A stretch of DNA of 64,000 nt from Octopus vulgaris (GCA_951406725.2 OX597817.1:49414001-49478000), one strand, 5' to 3'. Shown: positions 27,102-39,979, counted from the stretch's first letter. A program made the numbers and translations. Notes: generated by a model from the letters alone, not told the origin.

Positions 27102-27230
27102 AGAGAGAGAGAGGGGGGTCTGTGTGTGTGTGTGTGTGCGTGCGAAAGAAAGAAAGAAAAAGAACGTGAAAGAAAGAAAGAGAGAAAGAACAAAGGAGAG
27201 AGATGAAGAGAAAAATCATGAAAGAGAGAG
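25860..27230. repeat. GA/GT compound satellite with unit (GA)n-GGGTCT-(GT)n-GCGT
   Basis: Roughly 14 units between 26360 and 27140 plus a larger duplicated block. Confidence 0.9.
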
Positions 27231-28029
27231 CGAGATGGCGGGGAGGCTGGTGGTAGTGGTGGTAGTGGTGGTGGGGGGTCGTTTGAATATTCAGCAAAAT
27301 TAGCATTCTAGTTTACATCTCATAATTGGTCGTCAAGTAAATGGAGGCAGTCACTCAAAGAACGGTTCTAGTCATTTCTTCAATGAACATGTCAGTAATC
27401 TGCGAGTGTAATCGGTTGTATAAACAAACTAACAGAAACCAACACAAAACAAAGCAGCACTAAAATAAGTAACAAAAAAAATAATAATAATAATAAAACG
27501 CACAACGGTAACAACAAAAATGTACGAGTCGGTTACTTATGGTTGTATAGCGATAAGGTTCGATAGGATCTGCCGGGGAAATATCACGTATCCCGGTCTC
27601 ATCATTTGCACACTGTGTTGAGTGTTCATCACAAGCCAGTGGTTCGAGAGAATTAAAATTGAAGAATTTTAAATACACAATTAAGAAACTGTTTTGTCAA
27701 GTATTGCGTTACAGATTCAGAGTAAGTGTGAGGAAGTGGTGTTAGCTATACTCACTGCTAATGAGAAAATTTTGAATTGTTCGAATTAAGGCCTTCGCTT
27801 GGAATGAGTGCATACATGTGTGTGCGTTCGTACGTGTATGTGAGTGTGAGTGTGTGTGTATGTGTGCGTGTGTGTGTGTGTGTCATCGCGTTCGCATTGT
27901 GTTTGTCCCATCCCCACCGCTTGGCAAGCGGTATTGGTTTGTTTACGTCATCGTAACTTAGTATGTATGCATGTAGACATACTAGTATGTATGCGTATAT
28001 GTATGCATGTATGTGTATATATATAACGT

Positions 28030-28381
28030 GGCACTCCGTCGGTTGCAACGACAAAGGTTCCAGTTGATACCACCAACGGAACAGCCTGCTCGTGAAATTA
28101 ACGCGCAAGTAGTTAACGTAGTTCTCAGGGTGATTCGGCGTGACACAGAGTGTGACGAGGCTGGCCCCTTTGAAATACAGGTACAAGAGAAAGAGGAAGA
28201 AAGAGTTAGAGAAAGTTGTGGTGAAAGAGTACAGCAAGGTTCACCACCAACCCCTGCCGGAGCCTCCTGGAGCTTTAGGTGTTTTCGCTCCATAAACACT
28301 CAACGCCTGGTCTGGGAATAGAAACCGCGATCCAACGTCCGTGAGTTCGCTGCCCTAACCACTGGGCCATTGTACTTCCAC
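28030..28381 (-). mobile_element. Chimeric SINE: family C head, family D tail
   Basis: 28190-28381 matches 3768-3950; 28030-28185 matches 11607-11787. Confidence 0.75.
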
Positions 28382-28524
28382 ATATATATATATATATATA
28401 TACATATACACACATATACTTCCATATGTAAATTTTGGAAGTGTTGGTTGGATATCTTTTACATGATGTCGCTCGATCATGTGCATATTTAACCCTAGCA
28501 CTTTCAAATTTTATAACTGGAAAT

Positions 28525-28587
28525 ACTACACTGAAGAGAGAAGTAAGTAAATCTTTAAACACTTTATTCTCGAAACGCGTATGTAGT
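28525..28587 (+). ncRNA. Type I hammerhead ribozyme motif with intact core (family H3)
   Basis: Stem I ACTACA/TGTAGT, CTGAAGA, stem II GAGAA/TTCTC, GAAAC, palindromic stem III ACGCGT, GTA cleavage triplet. Confidence 0.75.
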
Positions 28588-28781
28588 TAATCCTGGTCGT
28601 GCTGATACATTGTTTTTCTCTTTGCCTACGTAAAAAAGTATGTTACTGTCATGGAGATTCTTACAGTAGTAAGTAGAAAAGGAATGTTTAACTCCCATTT
28701 CTAAATTCGCTATGTGGTGAAGCAATTAGCTGAACCCTAATTATAATTATGTTTATAATTATAAAATATTTGTATACACAC

Positions 28782-28821
<40 letters not shown>

Positions 28822-28859
28822 GTATATACTTATACACACATACATATACTTACACACAT

Positions 28860-29183
28860 TGTCACTCCGTCGGTTTCGACGACGAGTGTGCCAGTTGATA
28901 AGATCAACGGAACAGTTTGCTCGTGAAATCAACATGCAAGTGGCTGAATACTCCACAGACACGTATACTTCTAATGTAGTTCTCAGGGAGATTCAGCGTG
29001 ACTCGCAATGTGACGAGGCTGACCCTCTGAAATACAGGTACAACTCATTTTTGCCAGCCGAGTTGGCTGGAGCAACGCGGAATAAAGCATCTTGCTTAAG
29101 GGCATAACGTGACACCGGGTATCGAACTCACGGCCTTACGATCGTGGGCTGAATACCCTAACCCCTAAGCTACGCGCCTTCAC
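28860..29183 (-). mobile_element. SINE family D, full length
   Basis: Colinear with 11601-11926. Confidence 0.85.
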
Positions 29184-29208
29184 AAACAAACACACACACG
29201 CACATATA

Positions 29209-29470
29209 CAGGTTATCCCCAAAATTGTATACACATTTTTCAACAGCTGATGACTTAATTTTTTCATTGCTTTTCAGATTTAACCCATATGAAATAACGA
29301 AGGGAGTCACAATAAGCTCTGAGCAAGGGAAATTTGTCCCAAAGTCTCACTGGAAGTTTGGAAACGCAGATGAAGTGCCAAGTTTAAGAAGGAGTTTCAA
29401 GCAGATCTGCCATCGCGATTTAACAGCATTAATATCAAAGAGATAAGTTTGAATCTGTTCATACTGTTCA
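29209..29470 (+). mobile_element. 5' fragment of a Tc1/mariner-superfamily transposon
   Basis: TA|CAGGTTATCCCC start; degenerate frames SSEQGKFVPKSHWKFGNADEV and RDKFES resemble an N-terminal HTH region of such transposases. Confidence 0.5.
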
Positions 29471-30160
29471 CAAAAAAAAAAAAAACGCAGACATCGACAA
29501 ACCCCACGAATCAAGAAAGGAAAAGCACTAGAAACGTGCAAAGTTGTGATATGATCCAGTTATCGTCGCTCAGCTGTTCTGTGACCCATCTGTCCCATGG
29601 CTCAGTTTTTGTCACCAGTTATTACCGAGAGATATGATTTGAAACAGTGCGACATCTAGACTATAACGGTTATTACTGTTATTTTAATGGTTTAGCTCAG
29701 ACCAGTCCTGATCAAGTATAGGTAAGGCGAAGGCATGGAGGTAAACCACTCCTCTCTCTCTCTCTCTGTTGGGTCAGCTGATAAACTGGTGAGTGTGGAA
29801 CTCGTTTTAATTTTCCTCTTCTTTCACGTTAAGCAAATGCGATAAAATTCCCCGGGATAGGTTACTAATCACTTGCCAGTTACTTTCACAGTGGGTTTAC
29901 TAGCCATACAAGTTGAATGAAGCACATGAAATATTCTGTTCAGAGACAGTGGGTTTGAAACTACAAACTGAACTTATAGTCTGCTACGTTATTGATAGAT
30001 TCAGCTATTCTTCCTTTGTTAGCCAAAAGCTTATTTTCTGCCTGGAGGATCGTATATATGTGAAGAAACAGATTCCAGTATATTTCTGATGGATGGAAGG
30101 TTATTTATACATTGCTCGAACTTGAACTCAGTTTATAGAGGGCTGGCTGAAATAATACCT

Positions 30161-30367
30161 ATTTCTTTGTTACCCACAAGGGGCTAAACACAGAGGGGAC
30201 AAACAAGTACAGACAAACGGATTAAGTCGATTATATCGACCCCAGTGTGTCACTGGTACTTAATTTATCGACCCCGAAAGGATGAAAGGTAAAGTCGACC
30301 TCAGCGGAATTTGAACTCAGAACGCATTTCGCCCGGCGTGCTAACGTTTCTGCCAGCTCGCCGCCTT
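30161..30367 (-). mobile_element. SINE family A with target duplication
   Basis: GCTGAAATAATACCT at 30146-30160 and 30372-30386. Confidence 0.85.
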
Positions 30368-30769
30368 GCTCGCTGAAATAATACCTTGTGAGCCCTTTAT
30401 TTCGCTACTCATCATTTCTCAACACCATATCCACGATCTTTTCTTAGGAACAATAGGATACATGTAAGACGATTTCCTGTGCCGATTAGAGGAAGTGTCA
30501 GCCAAGATAAATAACAAAGAGGCTGTCACTGTTTCCTCTAAGTTGTGCGTTTCTACAGACGCATATGTTTTACAACTACGAACGGAAAAAGTGTGCGCGC
30601 ACAATGGTCCCGAGATGAATCTGGGTTCTTTTGAATGAAGAAATTTGAGCGAGTTATTCGCATAGATGCGCACATATTTTGTTAAGGGAACCAAAACTTG
30701 CAAGCAGAGAAAATTTCTGCGTACACCCACAGCACAAAAATTAGAGGGAATATTATGAGTAAATTAGTT

Positions 30770-31037
30770 GGACGAAACTGTGAGGAAGCCCATCTCATAT
30801 ATGCGTGCGTATGTGTGTGTGTGTACGTGCGTGTCTGTGTGTGTTTGTCACCCCATCATCGATTGACAACCGACGTGGCGGTGTGGTAAGAAGCTCGCTT
30901 CCCAGCCACATGGTTCCGGGTTCAATCCCACTGCGTGGCACCTTGGGCAAGTGTCTTCTACTATAGCCTCGGGCCGACCAAAGCCTTGTGACGAGATTTG
31001 GTTGACGGAAACTGATAGAAGCTCATCGCATTTATGT

Positions 31038-31092
<55 letters not shown>

Positions 31093-31525
31093 ATCCAAAC
31101 AAGAAAACACAGAAAAAAAGAGAAAAAAAAACACACCAACGCGAGGACGTGGAACAATTAAAGTATTATTGACGCTCAGGAAAGAAGGGAAGGAGAGTTT
31201 AACGTTTCGAGCGGAGCTCTTCGTCGGAAACAAGGAGAAGGAAAGATCCCAAGAAGGGAAGACAGAGGAAAAAATATTTTTGCTGGTGGTGCTCAAGTGT
31301 GTGTCTTTGTGTCTGTGTTTGTCGCCCCCACCACCACCACTTGACAACCGGTACTGGTGTGTTTATGTCCTTGGAACTAAGCAGTTCGACAAAAGTGACT
31401 TATAGATTAAGTACCAGGCTTATAAAAAGTAAGTACTGGGATCGATACATTCGACTAAAAATTCTTCAAGGAGGTGCCCCAGCATGGTCGCAATCTAATG
31501 ACTGTAACAAGTAAAAGATAAAAGA
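30770..31525 (+). mobile_element. Nested SINE family B copies with an H1 element in the TA tract
   Basis: B head 30875-31030, (TA)n, foreign insert ~31089-31290, B tail 31300-31525. Confidence 0.75.
31197..31231 (-). ncRNA. Minimal hammerhead motif (family H1)
   Basis: Minus strand GTTT-CCGACGA-A-GAGC(TCC)GCTC-GAAAC-GTT-AAAC; stems I and II pair, stem III is the palindrome AACGTT. Confidence 0.7.
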
Positions 31526-31549
31526 TATGTATATATATATATATATACA

Positions 31550-31787
31550 CAAGGGGGGGGGGCAGAAGTAGGTTTAGAGTTATTCAACTATCTCTTTCGC
31601 ATTCATAATAATAACAGTTTAGATTTTAATTATAAAAAAATATGAAACCAGTATTCTATGCTAATTTAGTTAATTTTGTCAAGCTCCCTTTTTAATTTGT
31701 AAGATAGAAATTTAAATGTAATAAAATGTTTAAAAGAAATTTAACGTACCTACGTGATAACTGTAAACCTACTTTTGGGCCAACCTG
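31550..31787. mobile_element. Tc1/mariner-type MITE
   Basis: Imperfect TIRs GCAGAAGTAGGTTTAGAGTT and AACTGTAAACCTACTTTTG..CCTG|TA, inside (TA)n. Confidence 0.7.
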
Positions 31788-31954
31788 TATATATATATAT
31801 ATATATATATACCGGAGTAAACACATAAATGTGAAACAAGGTGGAAAAAAGAGTACTCAAATACCAGTGGTAGAGTAATATGCTTTATTTTAAGCAGCAG
31901 AAAATTCAACAAAATTCAACAGATTTTGTTGAATTTTCTGCTGCTTAAAATAAA

Positions 31955-32011
<57 letters not shown>

Positions 32012-32110
32012 TAATCTAAACATGAAAACACGAAGAGAAAACACAACAACGCGAGGACGTGGAACAAATATAGTATTATTGGACGCTCAGGAAGGAAGGG
32101 AAGAAGGAGG

Positions 32111-32145
32111 GTTTAACGTTTCAAGCGGAGCTCTTAGTCAGAAAC
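32111..32145 (-). ncRNA. Hammerhead motif (family H1), core mutated
   Basis: Minus strand GTTT-CTGACTA-A-GAGC(TCC)GCTT-GAAAC-GTT-AAAC; G8 replaced by T. Confidence 0.55.
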
Positions 32146-32394
32146 ATAGGGAAAAAAAAGATCCAGAGAAGGATATATATATATATAAGAGATAATGGTG
32201 TCATTGAGACCCAAAGGTGTCAGATAATGCGGAATAAGTGCTATAGACAGACCATAGTTAAGTTCCAGATTCGGTAATATTGCGAATAAAGGGTTCAACG
32301 TTGGTTCTATATCAGCGTGTGTATATAAGAATTTTTTGCGTAATAAGATAAAAAACCAAGGCTGTATAGATATTAGAGCAGTTATAGATAGAAG

Positions 32395-32446
32395 GTCTTA
32401 CAGCTGTTTCCAGGATATTAATTAATAATATCCCTTCATCGGAGAC
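32395..32446 (-). ncRNA. Hammerhead motif (family H4)
   Basis: Minus strand GTCT-CCGATGA-AG-GGATATTA(TTAAT)TAATATCC-TG-GAAAC-AGCT-GTA-AGAC; host element ~32325-32590 matches 55300-55560. Confidence 0.65.
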
Positions 32447-32619
32447 GGTGTGAGAGGATAAATTAAGTCATAGTTTCGATGTGATACAAAATAGAGAGTG
32501 AGGTGGAGGAAAGAAAATAGATGTAAGATATGTATGGGTATTGAATTTGTAAATCCGTTTTATAAGCATAATGGTATATATGCAATCTACCACCTCGTCG
32601 CCCAACCTTACAACAATAA

Positions 32620-33148
32620 TATTGCTTTCAAATTTTGGCACAAGGCCAGAAATTTCGCGCGTGGGGCAAATCAATTACATCGACCCAGTGCTCAACTGGT
32701 ACTTAATTTAAGCCCAGCGTGCTAACGTTTCTTATTTCTTTATTGCCCACAAGGGGCTAAACAAAGAGGGAACAAACAAGAACAGATAATGGGATTAAGT
32801 CGATTAGATAGACTCCAGTGCGTAACTGGTACTTAATTTATCGACCCCGAAAGGATGAAAAGCAAAGTCGACCTCGGCGGAATTTGAACTCAGAAGGTAA
32901 CGGCAGATGAAATACCTATTTCTTTACTACCCACAAGGGGCTAAACACAGAGGAGACAAACAAGGACGGACAAACGGACTAAGTCGATTACACCGACCCC
33001 AGTGCTTTACTGGTACTTATTTAATCGACCCTGAAAGGATGAAAGGCAAAGTCGACCTCGGTGGAATTTGAACTCAGAGCGTAACGGCAGATGAAATACA
33101 GCTACGCATTTCGCCCGGCGTGCTAACGTTTCTGCCAACTTGCCGCCC
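32620..33148 (-). mobile_element. SINE family A multimer
   Basis: Two full bodies plus a remnant; both recurrent junction types are present. Confidence 0.8.
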
Positions 33149-33855
33149 TACCTTACAAGAATAATATTAATAAAAAAACGAACTGTAACCAGCTTTAGTC
33201 TATTAACCAGGCTATGTAATGCCACTGTAGTAAATAGAAAGCGGTACTTAAAATATATTTCTGTTTTGCCAGTTTCTTATATATACACACACATACTTTC
33301 TGTTTCTCTAAAGTCAACCTTTATTTCCTCTTTTTTTTCATTCTCTTCCTTTCAATTTCCTCCTATCTTTTTTTTTTCTCTCACTTCTCATATAAATGTA
33401 TAATATAATTATAATGATTATGTATATAAGACCTTATATACAGTAATATACATTAGGATATACATTCGAATATAATATATATACACAGCTGCACTTGTGT
33501 GTGTGTATGTTTTTATGAGTTTTGCGTGCATGGTGACTAAGCGTATATATACGTGAGTATAAGGGTATATAAGTACGCGTGTATGTTTGCAGAAATGTTT
33601 ATGCGAGCGGTACGGTTTTTTCAGAAACAGTTTATATAAAAGGAAGACTATGTGAAGCTATCTATACACACATACTAACAAGATGAGACTAGTTGCTGAC
33701 ATATTTATTAGAAGGAGTGAATAAAATTTACATCGCTTAGGATCGTTCAGAATGAGGCCAAGAACGCTTTAGAAAATATTCCCTTCCATTAGATACGAAA
33801 TGGCTTCATATCAATCAGACTCTAGCTTCTCTTTTCTCTTTCCTCCTTTTCAAGT

Positions 33856-34475
<620 letters not shown>

Positions 34476-36094
34476 TCTGTATGTCTGTGTATAGTTTATT
34501 CTATCCCTCTCCTTATTCGCTCCAAAATGACACTGATCCTACTTCCTACATTTTTTCTTTGTTTGCAAGATGGCGGCATTCTCTCAGCACACACACCTCC
34601 AACACAAGGACATGTCATGTGATCTGGACCTTTAACACGCGGGTCACCTTCAAAAAGTCTTAATGTTTGCAGCAGAATAGCTCTGTTTACAAAATCTCCC
34701 TCTTGAGTTTGGCACTCGTATGTGCTAAGGAAATTAAGCTCGGCAATATGGCAACAAGCTGCCCTTCCCCAATGCCAGAACATTGATTATAATAAACGTA
34801 ACAAGAGGCGGCCTTTGTTTACCTTTGAGACCGTTTGCCATCCCATTCACTTTCACACAAATCTTTGTATCTGTAATTCAAGAGGATGGAGAGAAAACGG
34901 CTTTCAACTCACAAAAACTTTCATCTGTTGATGTTGCCGACGCCATCAATACCATTATTATAATTATCACTGGTTTTACTTAAACAATCTTTCAAATACA
35001 GTCTAATAACATTATCATTGGCTGTTTGATGTGTTGGATCAAATCGCTTGGCCTGCGTAAACTAAGTACGGCCATGGAGTTTTACTCAGAAAACAGTAAA
35101 GAAAAAAAATGGTTTAGTATGGGAGGGATATTCTTTTAAAGATAACAGAGTATACTAAAAAGCTATCTAAAGTGTTTCAGACGAAGAAATTTAACCATTC
35201 TTATCTACTTGAATGAATTAAAATTGTAAAGAGACAAACAAAAAGAATAGAAGAGTGTTAAGTAAACGACCAATGCCTTTAGTGAATGTTATTCTCACAA
35301 CGAAAATGGGCATCAAAAGCAGGTTAAATAAATTGGATTCGTCGTAGTTTTATTACCGTTATACAGCTTTCAAGTTATTTCTATCTAACAAACCCGACCA
35401 ATGAAAATTTCATTTGTTAATCTAAAGAGGCAAGGGAATGTTATTTGCGATTTTCGGACTATCTCTACATAAAACTCCTTTGATAACGATTTGTTTTATT
35501 TTCTTTTATTTTTCAGAAGTAACATCAATATAACAATCGATATTAGGCAAAGCGTATCTACAGAAAGAGCAACTGCTTTGCAATCCTGGACCCTCTCGTG
35601 GTTTCGACGAATGAAAGTTCAATAAAGACAAAGCTACAGTGTAGGACTGTAGAAATGACCATTGCTCTGCGGCCGCTTGAGTGCAGGGTCAAAGCTGAAG
35701 ACTTCGAGTAGCATCTTCCACCTTCCTCACGATTGCCACTAGACTTACGAAAAAAATGTGATGGTGTTGATAATGGTGTCTTGGTTTGTTGGACAACTTG
35801 CACGGTAAATATCATTATAGTGGCTTTGGCTTACGCTGAACCGGTCCTACTCATTCTTAAATTGGTCTGATGCAACAAGTGTCACGAGCCAAATCATTAT
35901 CAGGATACAGAATTGGTATGGAGTTATCTCCTCTTCGATGAACAGCTAAAGAGCTGAAAGGCCTCGTCTGCCTTTCCCCATTATCTGAGTGCTTCTTAGC
36001 TTAATGAAAGAACTTACCTTCTGCTCATCACCAGGAGTAGACTTGATACCGAACCTTTCTCGGGTAGAATCATTGCATATAATAAGGACACTCA

Positions 36095-36242
36095 ATGAAA
36101 AAGGAGAGTCCAACGCCAACCCTGAACTACGTACGAAAATTTTATTGTCTGTTTCTGGTGGGAAATGAAGGGCGTTGTCTATCATGATGTGTTAAACCAA
36201 AACGAAACAGTTACAGGGGAGAAGTAGTGTCATCCATTGGAA
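36095..36242 (+). pseudogene. Mariner transposase internal fragment
   Basis: Frames PELRTKILLSV and WWEMKGVVYHDVLNQNETVTGEK* match the mariner catalytic-domain segment; cut by SINE B. Confidence 0.65.
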
Positions 36243-36244
36243 GT

Positions 36245-36652
36245 ATTCTTTTACTCTTTTATTTTAGTTTCAGTCATTTGACTGCGGCCATGCTGGAGCA
36301 CCGCCTTTAGTCAAAGAAACCGACGCCAGGACTTATTCTTTGTAAGCCTAGTACTTATTCTATCGGTCTGTTTTGCCGAACCGCAAAGTTACGGGGACGT
36401 AAACACACCAGTAGCGGTTGTCAAACGATGTTGGGATGACAAACACAGACACACACATAAACAAATATATATATATGAATATATATATATATATATACGA
36501 CGGTCTTCTTTCAGTTCCGTCTGCCAAATCCACTCACAAAACTTTGGTTAGTCTTAGGTTATAGTAGAAGACATTTGCCCAAGGTTCCACACAGTGGGAC
36601 TGAACCCGGAATCATGCGGTTGGTATCAGGCTACTTACCATACAGCCACTCC
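36245..36652 (-). mobile_element. SINE family B, full length
   Basis: Reverse complement of family B. Confidence 0.85.
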
Positions 36653-36700
36653 TGAATCCGTAACCATGTCATTGAGAAGCAAACTTTTTACAGTCATATA

Positions 36701-38054
36701 TCTATATTACATTAAAATTGAACTTCAATCTTGCTTGCGTGCTTGCAATGTTACACAGCCAAACTGGCGCATAATGGGAAAGTACTATGAATTAAGGACC
36801 TTCTGAAATGGGAATACAAACGAAATAAAACAAGTTTCGCGTAAATCGGGCCAGTGGTTTTTGAGATATTGGAGGCGGGGGTATAAATACCTAAAACGGT
36901 GCATAATGGGGAAATACTCCGAAAATAACCTAACCCTGAAAGGGAAGAAACTCTGATCTTTCGATTAGACAAATTAGTGACTTTATCTTGCCAATGAAAG
37001 ATACGAGTTGCTGTTTACAGTAAATGTTTCTATTTTCGCTTTTGTTCAACACAATATTTTAATCATTTAGACATTTTTTTAAGTGAATGTGATTTCAAAA
37101 ATTTAAATCATTTGTATAGTAAGTATTTATATTTTAGCTTTCTTTAAACAGACGATATTTTTATCTTTTTTAAAAATTATTTTCAAGTGAATACCATTGC
37201 AAAACTTTTTGGGTGCATATTTTTAAAATATTTAAAATTGAAAAAGACTTTTAAAATACAGTAAACATTTCGTAAAAGACCTGTTCGTAACCTCGGTGTG
37301 AAATGATTTTTTCCATAGGTTTATTTCAAGTGCATTCAACGTATCTCATCTCCAAAGATTTGGCTGCTATTTCTAGCACGCCCTGCTACCACGTAACAGC
37401 TATTTGCGATCAAGGACCCGAAATAGCTGTTACCTGGTAGCAAAGCATGCAAGAAATAGCGGCCAAATCTTTCCTTTTCTGGGCAAAGGAGCCGTTTACG
37501 TGTGATTTCGATGTCACATTCGTTGAAAGCATGCGAAATAACCTAAAAAGGAGCAAAAAACTCACGAAGCAAAAGTCCGTTGGTGGGAAACTCCGAGGTC
37601 TCCACAACTCTTCCCTGCTTTCTTTTCCGGAAGAAAGTGGCTTGCGGTGGGTTTGGTGGTGAGAAACTTTGAATGCACTGGAAAAAAAAACTGTGGAAAA
37701 AAAAACTCGAAACGCTCTCGAAAACCCTGTACGAACGGGTCTTTTACGAAATATTTACCCAAGATCGGGACAGGAATGCGAATAGAAGGGCCGAAGAGAC
37801 TGATAAAGCAAGGGCTGAGCGTCTGGCGGAACAGAGGGAGAGAGACAAAAGCAGGAGAGATTAGGAATCGGACAATCGGAGAGCTGAGCGTCTGGCGAAG
37901 CAGAGGGAAAGAGATACGCCATGAATCGGATGCTCATATGAATACAAATGGAATAAAACAAGTTACGCGTAAATCGGACCACCAATTAGCGAGATACATG
38001 GTATTTTTCGGGTACCTTGAACTATTGGTGATCCAACGGGTCACGGGTAGTCTA

Positions 38055-38055
<1 letters not shown>
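36701..38055 (+). mobile_element. Non-autonomous Helitron
   Basis: A|TC 5' end, CTAG|T 3' end, subterminal hairpin GTGATCC(AAC)GGGTCAC at 38028-38044, internal repeat at ~36811 and ~37941. Confidence 0.65.
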
Positions 38056-38105
<50 letters not shown>

Positions 38106-38160
38106 AGATCGCTAGCCACTACACATTCTTTATTTTCTCTCCTTGTTTCTTTCTGTGTTC

Positions 38161-38196
38161 CTTTTTGTGGAAGAGCGTAGGTTCGGAACGTTAAAG
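38161..38196 (+). ncRNA. Degenerate hammerhead-like motif
   Basis: CTTT-TTGTGGA-A-GAGC(GTAG)GTTC-GGAAC-GTT-AAAG; H1-like geometry with a damaged core, next to (TA)n. Confidence 0.4.
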
Positions 38197-38405
38197 ACTT
38201 TTTCACTTCCCGAGCCTTATACTAATACATCTGTTTGTTGTCTACACCACCTGTCTTCATCTTTCGTTATTTTTTTGTGAATTTTCCCTCCCCCCTCTCT
38301 ACCCCCTCTCCCGCTCTCTCTCTTCTATATATATATAGAGAGAGAGAGAAATAGATATAAATATAGGCGTAGAAGTAGCTGCATGGTAAGTAGTTTGCTT
38401 ACCAA

Positions 38406-38450
<45 letters not shown>

Positions 38451-38513
38451 TATTTTTCTGCTATGTATTGAGTACCTTATTTATTGTGGTTAACCCCGAC
38501 TCAACCCGGGACC

Positions 38514-38567
<54 letters not shown>

Positions 38568-38568
<1 letters not shown>

Positions 38569-38727
38569 GACAGGCTTCTTTCAGTTTCCGTCTACCAAAT
38601 CCGCTCACAAGGCTTTGGTCGGCCCGAGGCTATAGTAGAAGACATTTGCCCAAGTGCCACGCAGTGGGACTGAACCCGGAACTATGTGGTTGGTAAGCAA
38701 GCTACTTACCACGCAGCTACTCCAACG

Positions 38728-38730
<3 letters not shown>
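38568..38730 (-). mobile_element. SINE family B head
   Basis: Reverse complement of the B head between TA tracts. Confidence 0.8.
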
Positions 38731-38767
<37 letters not shown>

Positions 38768-39634
38768 AACATACATACATACATACATACATACAAACAT
38801 ACATACATACATATCTATGTTGAAGATATACATATATATACATGTTGATGCACTCAGATTATTTATGTGTGTGTGTGTGTATGTGGTCCCTTACAATTTA
38901 TATCTTATATATGGATGCGAGTATGTATGTCTTAATATATACATGAGATTTTGTTTATACATATATATGTGTGTTAAATATACGTGTTGTGTGTATGAGT
39001 GTATATGTGAGCCACTCTGTGTCTCTGTGTGTGCGTGTGTGTGTGTGTACAAGCGTGTGTGTGTGTGTGTGTGTGTGTGTTTGTACATGTGTGTGTGTGC
39101 AACAAGTGATTCTGTTCTCAAGAAAGCAGAAGCCACTCGCTATGAAAGGCTGTTTTGTGTGTTTCGGACAATTTAGATCATGAGAAAGCCGAGTGAAAAC
39201 CGATTAACGTCCGAACGCACGCCAGCAGACAGCCGGGTGCCTTTCAATTTACCCGTGAATACGAGATAGCAATGCATTCGTTTTAACAGCAGAACATGTG
39301 TGTCTAAGTATTAAAATAACAAATATGAATTAACTACTTAACGACTATGCTAGATACAGATTCAAAATTGTGAGAAAAATAATTTTTTTGATGTGAAAGA
39401 TATAACATCGCATTAAACCAATGTATTAAAACGATTTATTTATGTTTAGGGATACGATGATATATCTCTGTCTCTTTTGGTTTTCGTTCTATCTCTTAAA
39501 GCTTTATATTATTGAAGGCAGCGAAAATATTTTGAAACGCTGGAGAACTTGCGTGTTTTCTGTCTTCTGTATTCCGTTACTTGTTTTTTTTTCATTAGAC
39601 TGCGGTCATGCTGGGGTACCACCTTGAAGAATTT

Positions 39635-39979
39635 TAATCGATTAGATCGACTCCAGTGCGCAACTGGTACTTAATTTATCGACCCCGAAAGAATGAAGGG
39701 CAAAGTCAACCTCAGTGGAATTTTCGCCCGGCGTGCTAACGTTTCTTATTTCTTTACTGCCCACAAGGGGCCACACACAGAGAGGGCAAACATGGACAGA
39801 CAAACGGATTAAGTCGATTACATCGACGCCAGTGCGTAAATGGTACTTAATTTATCGACCCCGAAAGGATGAAAGGCAACGTCGACATCGGCGGAATTTG
39901 AATTCAGAACGTAACGGCAGATGAAATGCCTCTAAGCATTTCGCCCGGCATGCTAACGTTTCTGCCAGCTCGTCACCTT
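39635..39979 (-). mobile_element. SINE family A multimer
   Basis: Full unit plus partial unit. Confidence 0.8.

Noticed and set aside
25853-27306. 446-aa and 448-aa ORFs
   Set aside because: Translations of CT and CA dinucleotide tracts
30419-30730. Possible host exon in unique sequence
   Set aside because: No recognisable protein similarity or clear splice boundaries; small exons cannot be excluded without RNA data
37647-38180. 177-aa ORF
   Set aside because: Crosses the Helitron end and a TA tract; no recognisable motif
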